This document shows positions 1-12,700 of a stretch of 64,000 nucleotides of DNA, piece after piece (positions within the stretch are counted from its first letter, which is position 1; the number at the start of each line of letters is the position of its first letter). The notes below the pieces were generated by a model, which did not search any database, was not told where the DNA came from, and worked only from the letters and a program-made list of their open reading frames with translations. This stretch comes from Tubiluchus corallicola (taxonomy: Eukaryota; Animalia; Priapulida): positions 186,001 through 250,000 of the forward strand of contig JAQGDQ010000339.1 in NCBI GenBank assembly GCA_030141605.1, given 5' to 3'. The position numbers and the translations under genes were made by a program.

Positions 1-343
1 TATAAGGGACGATATCTTCAGGTCCCGCATAATAGAAACCCGGGTAAATTACCTCGCATATAATGGACCCTATGATCAAAGCGAAATTGATCGATTTTTA
101 ACCTCAATTTTTCGCAAACTCCGCCTTCAAACAACTCGGTTTCCGCATTCACATACATCTCGCATCAAGGAGCTTCTAATATACCGTTTGCACTGAACGT
201 GCAGCAATAATCCATAAAAATATGGGTAAACGTACAGAAAAGTAGAGGTCTAGATACACCCTCGGTCTGACTCAACTTCGGCTATAAGGGACATTGGATA
301 TAATTTCCGGTCCGGAGGTGTCCCTAATATCCAAGGTTGACTA
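1..343. mobile_element. Right end of a pogo/Tigger-like non-autonomous element
   Basis: Repeated tataagggac motifs and a terminal ...tatccaaggttgacta-ta resemble pogo-type termini ending at TA; the left end is outside the window. Confidence 0.4.
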
Positions 344-467
344 TATTTAAAAAATTTAGTAGTAAGTACTTAGTAAATGCGCATTAATTTATGTAGATTA
401 TCTTAAACTGTAATAGATTAGTTGCTGTGAACTTGTTAAATTCATTTCTACCAATTTATTTTTACAG

Positions 468-3400
468 GCTTTGGCGTGACTGATCTAGACGAGGGGAAAA
501 AATTTCAGCACAGCTTAGCAGAGACAGCAGAATTCATTATTGATTTTTTGAATGCTCTACAAATTAAAAAGTACCAAGCACATTGGTTTGTTTTTGATTT
601 TAACAACTGGAGTGGGGACACTCGATGGGGATGTCTTGACCTCTCTCTCTTGATCGATATCTTTACATGAAGTTACTATTGGGAACAATTTTTTGTGACT
701 CTTGTTGTGATCTTGACCTTTGACCGTTTGAGCCAAAAAGCAATAGTTCTGCCCATCTGTGTTACAAATTCCGTAGTTATAGCCTACATGTACCCTACAA
801 TTGTGGTCAAAGTACATCTTTTTTTTATTATATAGGTGTATTTTGACCTTGACTTTTGACCTTTCGAACCTAAGTTCTTTCTTTTGGATTTTATTGTACT
901 GACAGACACATGCGCAAACTTGTACAATAATAAAGAGATCACGCTTACAATAATTAACAATCTTAGCTTCAACGGTTAATTAATTGAAGAAGGCTGTGCT
1001 GAAAAACTGTCCCACATACACGCAGGCTGGCATTTGGTCTCACCTATCTCTACTATGGATTTTTTATAGATATAGATATATAGATATGTATAGATACACA
1101 GCTATAGAAATAGGGCAACATGGGTATAGATATAGGGCAACATGGGTATAGATATAGGGCAACACGGGTATAGATATAGGGCAACACGGGTATAGATATA
1201 GGGCAACACGGGTATAGATATAGGGCAACACAGGTATAGATATAGGCAACACGGGTATAGATATAGGGCAACACGGGTATAGATATAGGGCAACACAGCT
1301 ATAGATATAGGGCAACACAGCTATAGATATAGGGCAACACAGGTATAGATATAGGGCAACACATGTATAGATATAGGGCAAAACAGGTGTAGATATAGGG
1401 CAAAGCAGCTATGGATATAAGGCAAAACAGGTATAGATATAGGGCAAAACAGGTATAGATATAGGGCAAAACAGGTGTAGATACAGGGCAAAACAGCTAT
1501 AGATATAGGGCAACACAAGTATAGATATAGGGCAACACAAGTATAGATATAGGGCAACACAGCTATAGATATAGGGCATTACCCAATTATTGTGGTTTAT
1601 TAGAGATATTAGCAGACTGCACAACTGCTTGTGGTGTAATAACTTTTGTGTAATAATTTCTGATTATTTAGTGCTTATATAAAAGCTGACTGAGTAACTG
1701 TTTGTAGCATGTTATAAAAGACATGCTTTATATGAATATTGAAAAAATATTTTCGGAGGAGAAAAATAATTTTTTTAGCACTAGGCCTCTAAAATTTGGT
1801 ACCTTCAAAATTTGGACCCTAGGCTGCAGCCTGGTTAACCTGTACATACCTGCACATACACAAACAGGTGTGACTGAACACCTATCCACCATCAGCACGA
1901 GTAAATGCATCTAAATTAAAATTTTAATTAATTATCCATGCGTTATTTTTCTACTGTAGAGTGAATTTGGTCGTGAGCCACAGTGCGGGTTGTTGGGCCG
2001 CACTACCGTTGCTGTCTTACTGCACGTCGCCAGAGTTTTATGCTGCTGCATTTCTTAACCCTGCTGGAAACACGTATAACAAGTGAGATTTTTCTTCGTC
2101 AAATAAACTAGTTTATTAACCGAGAATTCTACAACACAAAAGTATGAAGGAACGCGAAATGATTACAGTAAACGTGAAAATCTGGAAAACGTTTGAGTGT
2201 ATCTGAAAATGTAAGTATACAAGAGAAAGTGTAAGTGGCGTCAGTGTGAATCAGCGTGCTCCCGTCTCAGCGGCCTGCTTCGCCTTATATAGCGTGCCCA
2301 AGAAGCTTCCAGAAGTTTTGTTCATTCCAGAAGCAGCAACAAGTTGCTATCGTCCGTTGAAGCAACAAATAGTTATGCATCACACACTTAAACGTCGACC
2401 ACAATTAGAAGAGAATTGGCTAAAGTAGGCAAGAACGCAAACATTATCGAATGATTCTTTTTTTTGCCATAAGAGATGTGATATTTACTTGTTTTCTAAG
2501 CAAATCCCAGCAAGAAATTTGTAGTTGTGACTTAATCTTCTTTTACATGTACATGATTAGTGGAGCTGTTGGCCAACAGTCTATTGCATGTATATAGTTG
2601 ACGCAATTATCATCAAAACGAAATGTTCTTGATAAAGATAATTCATTTTGAGCGAGTCATTAATTTGCAAATGATTAATTTAATAATTTTCTTTAATTCA
2701 TTAACCTTCAGGGTGAAAATTGAGAGTTATAATCTGTATACACTCGTATGGGTGTTTTGTGATTCATCTATGACAAAATTTAACACATCTCGTTATAACG
2801 TCAAATTCACTGTAATGCCAACTTTCTTTCCCTCCCAAAGTGGGACGGATTTGGCTTTATTCCATTTTGAGAAATTTAAAATATTTTTTGCAAGACACTT
2901 ACTATTTAGTGGTTTACTTTAGCCATTACGTTGACATATTTGTTTTTTTAGGACACAGCGACCCGTATTTTTCCTGGTTCTCACGCTTGCATTGTGGAGA
3001 CGTCGATGGTTGAGATGGTTTACACGACCGCTTCTGTCGTTCATCAGTAGTCGCTTGGGTTTTGGCGGTTCAGCTGAGGAATTGGCTATTACAGTATCAA
3101 CGATTCTTCAGACTCCCTTTCCCCAGGTAGGAGGTCGTCTCTTTTCTCATCCTTTCTAAAGTGAGCAGAGCATTTTAAATTTTTACAGTGTGGAACGAAG
3201 TACAGGCTTGCCCACTGTTTGATGTAAAAGTGAATGTGAAATGCAGAAAGCCCTGGGGATCAGATATTTATGTCCCGGCAAATTATGTCCCTGACATTTT
3301 TTGGTATAAAGTCAAATTAAAAAAAATTAATGCAATTTTTGGGCACTACTGTGTTTTTTATGCTATTATTTCAGTTATGCTTTATCCATTATAAATACAT

Positions 3401-6400
3401 TGTTTAGTACTCAAGAGAAACTCAAATAGCATCCAAAAAATGCTATATTCTCGATAATTGTAATACCCTTTAGTATAATATACTTCGTCAGACTCATGAA
3501 TACTACTGTATTATTGAGAATAGTAATACTAATTGTGTCTCGGTTGGTGCTGATGGCAAAGGAAGCCAGGGTATTTGCAAACTCGCTTGTGAAGCTGCAG
3601 AATGTGTGAGAAAGTGAAGTTTGATGCATGTGTGAAAAACTTAAAGGAAGAACCAACCTCGAACAACATTTATTGCTTTTTAATAATAATTAAAAATATT
3701 GAAATCATTGCACAATATATGCACGTAGAATACTTTGCTTAAAAATGTAAAAGAAATTTAAATATTTCTTATCTCCTACCAAATGAACGCCGCTGCCGGC
3801 ATATTTGAAAAAAATGATGTAAGCTGGTGTATGCTGGGCAGCGTGAATGCTGTGAAGGCAAGCTGTGTGAAGAAGGTACGCTCTGCAAAATTTCTACAGT
3901 TTGCTTAGAAGTTCCGTTATTCTAATGTTGTATTTAACTCTGTTTATATAGAAATTAGTCATTTGATCAATTATGACGAATATTAAAGTGGTTACATAGC
4001 TTTAACCCACAGGATTATACCGTAAGATGTGTAAGTAGTAAACATTAATTGCGTAAATGTAATTACAGACTTTTGTTGACTTTCAGATACGCATGTAAAC
4101 TTGCGAGCATACAGTAGGTGGGTTATTTAGTTCACAGAGTTTGCTCTATAAGTGAAAAAAAGATTGCTGAAGAACTTGGCAAAATAATTGTTTATATTGC
4201 ATGGTAACCAGATGACGCCATTTTCACCAAAATGAGCGCCCCCAAACGTGCAGTGATCGCGATTTTAAATTGAAATTATTAATTACACGAGGCGCTTATC
4301 ACAATTTTATTTGCAGAAACTTTCTAACATTTTTCTCAAATATTAGAATAAGCTCAACTTCCCGAGAGACTTGACTTTTGCTTTACAAGGCATGTGACAC
4401 ATGCCTAATGCATGAGAGTTGACTGCAGGGGCATAGCCAGGTTATAAAGTTAAGGGGACCAAGCAAATGAAAGGCACCGTGACACATCAAGCAATTCTAT
4501 GTTTGTCTAGACTACGACGGACAGTATCAGCGTGTGGCAAGAATATATTTTAACGATTAGATTTCGGGCAATTTGATTCTTCGTTCTATCAGTCAACCTT
4601 GACAAATGAGTTGCCTAAGAGCACCATCATTTCAAAAACACGGAAGGCAGCTTGTTGAAAAGGCACCAATTTTGAAACTTGTATTCCTTGGAGTGGTTGC
4701 TTCCTTTGCTCCCCTCTTAGCTACACCACTGGTTCGTAAATCTGTAGCTGCAGTACATTTGTGTTTTAAGCTACAGTACATTAATTTTGTATTTTAAGCA
4801 CAATTGATGTTGTATCTGAACTGGCAAATTAACTATCTGACAGTGTGTTTCGGAATCTTGAAATGTGTTAAAGAAACATGCAGCTCAACTCATGAGTTAA
4901 GACAGAATAAATAAACCTGCAACTCAACTCATGAGTAATAAACCTGCAACTCAACTCATGAGTAATAAACCTGCAACTCAACTCATGAATTAAGATAGAA
5001 TAAATAAACCTGCAACTCATGAGTTGAGATAGAACAAAATAAACCTGCAACTCAACTCTTGAGTTAAGATAGAATAAATAAACCTGCAACTCAACTCATG
5101 AGTTAAGATAGAATAAATAAACCTGCAACTCAACTCATGAGTTAAGATAGAATAAATGAACCTGCAACTCAACTCATGAGTTAAGATAGAATAAATAAAC
5201 CTGCAACTCATGAGTTGAGATAGAACAAAATAAACCTGCTACTCAACTCTTGAGTTAAGATAGAATAAATAAACCTGCAACTCAACTCATGAGTTAAGAT
5301 AGAATGAATAAACCTGCAACTCAGAACAAAATAAACCTGCAACTCAACTCATGAGTTGAGATAGAATAAATAAACCTGCAACTCAACTCATTAGTTAAGC
5401 TAGAATAAATAAACCTGCAACTCAACTCATGAGTTGGAATAGAATAAATAAACCTGCAGTTGCATTATAGACGAAGTGTTTCTGATAATGAAATAATAGC
5501 TTAAAAACTTACTCAACGGCTGCCGACCACAGTTAGTGATGACGTCACAAACGAACATAATTTTCAACAGCACAAACATTCCACGAGCGTGTTGCAAGTG
5601 TTAGCAAAAGCGAAAATTGACGTACAGTGATACTGTGGAACATTGACTGTGATATACAAAAGCTGGGCTAACTTATGTTTAAAATTTTCAATTACAACCT
5701 TGCCAGTGTGCCACCATGCAATTTCACCATAAATGTGTACTACCTGAGTGGTGCAGCACCTGTTTTTTGTGCAGTGCAGTTCTGAGATACAGGCTGTAGT
5801 GCCCATCTAACTAGCGAATAACAAATTGCATGTAATAGGGGTGAAAGTATAATTAAACTTCTGCGATAATAATTCTTTCATGTAAGTCAGTTTAGAAAAG
5901 CAATTACATTCTCTTTCTCGATGCTTTATGCATTAACTATTTTGAGCTCTAGTTTAAAATTGGGTTCTGTTTCCCTTTAAGCTTTGGACTCAAAAAAATG
6001 TACACGAGGTAAGGTAGTGATTCTTAAGTTCCGTTTGACTTGCTGATACCTTAACCTTGTATGACTTCATTTTTTGCAGCAGTAAATTTAATGTTTTTTA
6101 TCCTAGGCAACTATTTTAGAAATTTGACTGCAGTAAACCCCATTTTTTTTGTTGTAAATAACATTCTGCATTTTATTTTACTAAAAATTTCAAACATTTG
6201 CAGTTCCGTAGCACAAAATGTGCTCTGAAAGCCCGCAATTTATTTATCTGCAGTGCTAGAGGATTCATTTAAGAGGGTGTTTCATGACTCTCGAATTCCC
6301 TTTGTTGTAGATCACTGACATGCTGACGAGGGTTGACCTCCAGAGAACTCCTGCTCTAATGATCTACAGCGATGAAGATGTCCGCGTTGAGAAAGAACTG

Positions 6401-7684
6401 TCCGAGGAGTTTGGTAGATTACTAGGAATCACCCAGTGGGGCGTGGTGAGCGGTGATGGTGTATTAGATGCAATTGGTAGGTCAAATTCTTCTTGGTTTT
6501 GTAAATTTTTAGACCATCGACATTGATGTGAATTCTGTCTGTGAAAACTGTCAGTGGTTTTGGCTGACAAAGACACTTGCAGAATTATCAAGTTTACAAA
6601 ATTTCTTTACTTAAAACAACCGTAATGTTTTATGGGCGGCGGCAGTGCAGTTCATCAGATGCCATATTCTGTATTAAACGACAAAGGGCAGGCGGGTTGT
6701 GTGAACAAATATTGTCGGTCATGTGAATGTACCTTTATTTGCACGTTTGTTGTCTGTTGTTTGGTAAAAATATACGGGTAATTGTCAACTTACAACTGAT
6801 CGACTTTGCGGCTCTTTCTTAAGCAGTGGCATAGCTAATAAGGGAGCAAGAAGAGCAACAGCTCCCCCTAGCACATTTTTCAAAATTGGCACCTTTTCAG
6901 CAATGCTTCGTTTTGTTTTCATTTTATGTCTAAAATTAAAATAATTAAATTAAAAACATTGTATTATGTTTTGAGATTGATGAGCTCACTGTAAAACTTT
7001 TGATAGTTTTAATTTTAAATACAGAATGACAATTATGTGCTTCCATTAAAGCTGTATCTTCCTCGTGTTTTGATTTTAAACACAAAATTAAAATGTATAT
7101 GCGTCGAAAATTGCTTTACAAGCTGGCTATGCCCCTGCTCTTAAATGAACGTTGTTTACCCATGGTGGGTTGAGCCCAACCAGTTCATACATGTCAGCAA
7201 CTGCACACAATTAAACTGTTGCGCAATCAAACCTCTTTCACCGCCCACTTTGGGACTCCAGAAAAAGTGAGTTTGGCATCATAAACAGGTGCATTAATAC
7301 CTACATGTCTATGCAAACATAAACATTTTGTTTTTTTTGCCAAAAATTCTCCTTGTTAAGCTAGGTTGGCGTTTTAAGGGGGGGGGGAGTTATAACGCGG
7401 TTCAACGGAACAAAGCTGCTGAAAATGAACCGCTATTCATTACCCAAATGAACATGCTTTTGGTATTTTGGTAACATATTCCCCAAAAGAGCAGAAAATG
7501 ATTCTGCACACTTGGTGTTACAATACATAATCTAGATCGTCTATTTGCAGATGTTGACAGGACGGAATTGTATCGACGGGGCATCAAATTCGAAGGAAAA
7601 TCACACTTCTGTTTTCGCTCTGACCCGGAAATTACGGCGGCTGCATTGCTGGAACTTTTACGCTGGAAAGAGAAGAAATCTTGA
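468..7684 (+). CDS. Alpha/beta hydrolase (DUF1057-like), 5'-partial; exons 468-570, 1960-2082, 2952-3126, 6311-6476, 7551-7684
   Basis: Five AG/GT-bounded exons join in phase: GFGVTDLDEG...FIIDFLNALQIKK-VNLVVSHSAGCWAAL...AAAFLNPAG...PALMIYSDEDVRVEKELSEEF...GIKFEGKSHFCFRSDPEITAAALLELL...KS*. Recognisable elements are the GFG motif, nucleophile elbow SHSAG, a candidate acid (D) and a C-terminal catalytic His. The motif order resembles the DUF1057 family as recalled from memory. Confidence 0.8.
1067..1578. repeat. 22-bp minisatellite (GGGCAACACGGGTATAGATATA)n, ~22 copies
   Basis: Tandem units are directly visible in the first intron of the hydrolase gene within this window. Confidence 0.95.
4426..4731. 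mobile_element. hAT-like MITE (caggggcatagc...gctacaccactg)
   Basis: Imperfect terminal inverted repeats; it shares internal sequence, in inverted orientation, with the copy at 6824-7137. Confidence 0.55.
4875..5460. repeat. ~39-bp minisatellite (AAACCTGCAACTCAACTCATGAGTTAAGATAGAATAAAT)n
   Basis: Tandem units contain the internal palindrome AACTCATGAGTT; several units are shortened. Confidence 0.95.
5510..5960. mobile_element. Dispersed repeat; related copies at ~28560-29090 and ~38690-38860
   Basis: Shared sequence gtgatgacgtca...aacataattttcaa..gcacaaacatt...gtgtt.gc.aa seen at all three sites. Confidence 0.6.
6824..7137. mobile_element. hAT-like MITE (cagtggcatagc...gctatgcccctg)
   Basis: TIRs with near-identical 8-bp flanks ttcttaag / ctcttaaa. 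Confidence 0.6.
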
Positions 7685-8970
7685 CAATTCTGTAGCTCAT
7701 AAAACGTTTTAGCAAAATTAATTTCTTTCTAATTTTTTCATTCTTGTCCCAGAATCCCGTCTCATGAAAAACAGTGCTGGTGAGTTTCTGCCTAATTAGT
7801 AAACCTATTATCTTGAGATTCTTAAATTCTACATATGAAATTTTGCCTTGTTTCGTACTTGATTTCTTCTTTATTTCAATTTGTTTTAATTCTGGTATCT
7901 TTGCCTTGTCCTAAATTCCAATTCTTGATTTCTTTTCTCATATAGAGGTATGAAGGTCATATCTGACAAAGATTCTTACTAGTCATCTATTAAGCTACTA
8001 GTGTGAAAAAGTCGTAACGAATGTACTAATTAAAGTTTGCCAATGGCGAATATTAGTTTTCTCCATTAGAAAAACTTTGTTAAAGAACTTGAATAAAGAG
8101 ATTTTTATTGACATTGTATCTTGTACTGTTCACATGTTCTTGAAAATGTCTTATGCAGAAGCAGTTGCAAGAACAAAAATTAAGTGTTTGCATGTGAAGT
8201 CGTAAGTAAGTTTCAAAATATATAATTGCACAGATTTATAATAAAGTGAAGCCACTTTCCGGCAGTTACTGAATTGGGCAGTGGTTGTTGCAATAATCAC
8301 GTCTTTTGGGGATGCTGCAGGCTATAATCCGTGAAGTGGAGACAAAAAGTATTCATAACGAAACTTTATTGTACGCAAATTAGTACGTAGATATGTATAC
8401 AATCCCTTTATTTACAAAATAATGAAATTACAATTATAATACATGCTGCAAAAAATGACAGACTTAATTTCTCTGCTGTTTGGTTAGCTACCAAGCAAAA
8501 GACAAACCTTTTTGAAGTGATGTAACTTTACATGCACTTGCTGTGAAAGAGTCATCCACAACAGTTCATTGCACTTCAAAATTTTCTAATTATGGCGTTT
8601 CTCCATCCTCATCTCTAACCAAAAAACGCATTTAATACCAAACAAAAATTTCGATGATCTTTTTAAACATCTAAGATGCTTTACGAGTACCCGAATGTAC
8701 CTCTGTGTACAAATACAACATTTCTGTTGTTTTATAATTATTTGGCATGGACTCCTGTCATATTTATCGCAAGCTTGCTAAGATAAATACCTGCGCATGA
8801 CATAATCATTACAATATAAATCAGCAAAATCATGTCAATGCAGAGTAAACTTTAGCTTACGAGTTGCGATATACACGCTCGAGGACTAAGAAAATAGTCA
8901 ACTTTTCCACAGTACTAGTCATTAACACCAAGAAGAAGAACAACGTTGAAACTTGAAGTGCAAAAATTTC

Positions 8971-9583
8971 CAGTGGCGGTTCGTGTATAGGTGTGGTACA
9001 GCAGCACCCCCTGTTTTCACTCATTATTATCGATAATGATTTAATATAATAAGTGTTTTTTCGTTAGTTCTTTTCTTACACTTGTGCGGAACTGGAGCAT
9101 GTGAGGGAAGTACAGTTTGCTACACAGCCCAAGCAACATGGTGTTGTTTAGCTGTTGTGCGCATGGAGCCATGCGCACATGTGTAAGATAACATGCTGTA
9201 CGCTAGCGTCTGCTGCTAGGTAGAAAAGTACGGTGTCTATCACAGTAACAATTGCAACTTGTTTATCGTGTAACGTAATATTCTTGGATGTGATAAAGTG
9301 TAACCTTAGCGCGTGTGCTTAAAACAAATTATTTAATAATGGACGCCTTGCAACCCCAAGAAAGAAGTTCTGTGACTGTAAGTGAACTACAAAAACTTAA
9401 TTTTTCACATTAATCTCTCCATGAGAAAGTTGCAGTTAAGAAAAGAGGCCGTTCAACACCTGATGTTCACAGATAACTACGACATTAAAATTACATATTT
9501 GTTATGTTTTACGCGGTATTAAAACAATGGCTGATAATATGTGAAGCAGCACCCCCACTAATTTTAGCTACGAGCCGCCACTG
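8971..9583. mobile_element. hAT-type MITE with perfect 8-bp TSD
   Basis: TIR cagtggcggttcgt ... acgagccgccactg, flanked by aaaatttc on both sides (8963-8970 and 9584-9591). Confidence 0.85.
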
Positions 9584-9777
9584 AAAATTTCACACCTAAC
9601 TTAGCAAGATTTCGTACCTCAATAGAAAAGACTTCTGTCTATAAAAATAGCGGCCACATGTGAAGAATACGAGTGACCACAATTGCCCTGTAACAATTGC
9701 TTTCAATAGATATTTGTGTAAGAAGGTACAGTTAAATAAAGCTGCAATTGCAAAATGAGATCGATCGATTATGACTT

Positions 9778-12700
9778 TCAAAAACAGCGTCCCCATTTCA
9801 TATCATTATCTCTCCTGCCACCTCTGCGGAAACCACCACCACTGCCACCGCCTCGACGTGCCCCCAACTCCGCCTTTTCCAAATCTTTCCTCTCCTTCCA
9901 TGCGAGATATCTCTCCGCCATAGCCAATAGCTCGTCCGGAATCTCTTGCTGCGCCTCTGCCATTATGTCGATCAACTCCGGCGCTTTTCTCCAATCCTCC
10001 CTAGTAACAAAACTCAATGCTATACCAGTGCGACCCGCCCTTCCTGTTCTTCCGACGCGATGCACATACTCCTCAATGTGCCTGGGAAAATCATAATTTA
10101 AAACATGAGTTATGTCCGGCACGTCCAATCCTCTGGAAGCAACGTCGGTCGCAATCAAGATACGGACTTCTCCGTTTTTAAATTCTCGAAGAGCCGTTTC
10201 CCTGTCAGACTGTTCTCTGTCACCATGTATGCACTGGCAAACTATTCCTCTGAGTGAAAAATCACTAGATACGTCATCTGCTATAATTTTCTTGCCGACG
10301 AAGATCAGCAACTTATCGTCCGGCGCCATATTCTCGATAAACTCAATAACTCTTTCCTTTTTCTCACTTTCGTCCACCATTTCTATCAGCTGGGTCACGG
10401 CATGACATGCTGCCAAGTCCAGAGTATTTATGAACACTTGTATGGGATTTTTCATGTACTGTTCTCCAAGGCGTCGGACCTCTGCCGGCCACGTAGCACT
10501 GGTCATCACTGTCTGCCGGTCGGGACGAATGTCGATTAAAATTTTTCGAATCTGTGGCTCAAAGCCCATGTCCAGCATTCTATCGGCCTCATCTAGTACC
10601 AGAAATGTTACCGTTTTGACATCAATTATTTCGTTCATAACCAGATCGTTAAGTCGACCGGGGGTGGCGACCACAATTTCTGCACCCTGTTTAACCAGTG
10701 CTATTTGTGCCCTGCGATCACCACCACCGTATATGCAAACGCACCTTATTCCTCGATAGTTAATCTTTTTGGTCTCCTCTTCAATCTGCTGCGCTAGTTC
10801 TCTGGTTGGACTTAGAACTAACATTGTCGGTCCGCCACGTTCTGACCTGTCAATCGGTTGATTCTGTATGTGTATCAGACCGGGCAACAGGAACGCTAGC
10901 GTCTTTCCAGTTCCTGTCTGAGCAATGCCTATCAAGTCCATTCCTTGCAAAACAACCGGCCATGCTTGACACTGTATAGGAGACGGAGTATGAAAACCTT
11001 GCTTGTACAACTGATCCAGTATATCAGGGTAGTGCTGAAACGCCTGGTGAAATGTTTGAACAGGATTCGGAATTATTTGCTCACCGGATTCACTTAGGTC
11101 TTGAACGATTATGTTATTGTTTTCCTTGCGGAACATCGCAACATCAGATGGATGCATGTTTGCCACATCCAGATCTTCGATGTAAAAGTTCTTGATGATA
11201 CTCGGATGATCCTTCCATTTCAGTTCAAACATCACATCTTTTTCCGCATTTATCCTGTCCCAATCAATAAACGGAATGGACGGAAAATCCGAATTAGATG
11301 ATCCGTTGCTTGCAGCAGGCTCATTAGAGTTCAGTGACAACCCCTTTACGGTGAACTTAGCCTCCCTCACAATGACAAGCTTCTCGATCAACTCTTGTGC
11401 TTTGTCCCTAACTTCTTGGCTTCCCTTTAGGTCAATAGGAGTTTCATAGTTATCTTGATCGTCACTTCTGATATTTATCGAACAACCGCTTTCATCTTGA
11501 ATTTCTCTAATTTGTCCGCCTCCGCGACCAATAATTTTACCCAAGTCTCTGTTTCCGACATGAATAGTGGTTACAGGATCATCACTAGATCTGTCACTGC
11601 TACCACCACTAGCACGAGGCTGCCCAGAAGTGCTACTTAATATGTCTTCGATAAGTCGCTTGGCTTTGTCTCGAGCCTCTATGGTACCAGTCATGTCTAC
11701 TGGCGTTTCAAAAGGCCCGCTGTCACCTTTCCGTACGGAAATCCGTGCACCGCTTTCTAACTGAAGCTCTCTAATTTTAGATCCTCTGCTTCCTATTATT
11801 CGTCCAATAGCTTGGTTGGGTACCATTAAAATTGTTAAATCCTCTGAGTCCTCTGTGTTGCTTGAATATGGCCTATCATCACTAACCATTAACGAACTGA
11901 ATGAATCACACACGTCTAGTGATGTCCTTATATTGACGATACCAGCGATCAGTTCTTTGGCTCGCACAACGGCATCACTCCTACCGGAGAGATCCACTGG
12001 AGTATCACTTGCGTTTCTGTCCGCTCGTCTAATCTGGATTCGAGCGCCACTTTGGTCTTGCAGGTCACGGATACGAGATCCGCCTCTTCCAATTATCCGC
12101 CCAGCTTCGCTGTTTGCAACGTATATGGTTAAGGTGTCGGACCGATCGTCTATAAAAAAGAAATAACGCAATAAAATGCTTTGTATGTAACTTGCACGGC
12201 AACCTCTCACAGACTTGCTTTCCTACAAGCTTTACCACATTATATTCGGAATCGCTGATAACAGCGCAAATCAGCTAGCTATCCCTCAAAATGATTGTTT
12301 ACTGTCCATCCTAACGATGTTAGTTTCCAACCTACATTACAAGTATGCAAGTTTATTGCCAAACTTCTTTTGTTGCCCAAAACTGGCTTTTCAAACCATA
12401 ATCTTATGGACAGGAACATCATTTTTAAGTACTCATACTTGACGCTTTAAGAAAACTCCAGCACTTAAGATAGTTTGTTTGTTTCATTATGATTACGAGT
12501 CACTACTAATCTTTCTTTAAAGTTAGTGGCTAAAATAGGGCACTATTTCAGAGATTTTGGTGAGTTGTCAAAAAAAGAAACTGTTATTCGAATTAAGTTA
12601 TGAATTATGAAAATGAAAAATTATTTTTCTTGTTTAGCTTCTCAGAACTGTTTGAATCACCTAATTATTACTAATATCTTCGTAAATTTATCTGCTTAAA

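Noticed and set aside
1053-1624. Several 60-105-aa ORFs with repeating PYIYT/LYLYP peptides
   Set aside because: They are translations of the 22-bp minisatellite in an intron.
9755-12166. Plus-strand ORFs overlapping the helicase
   Set aside because: They are antisense shadows of a GC-richer coding exon with no recognisable motifs.
12150-12210. N-terminal 20 aa of the 810-aa ORF (MRGCRASY...FFFI)
   Set aside because: This is the intron polypyrimidine tract and acceptor; the true exon starts at 12149.
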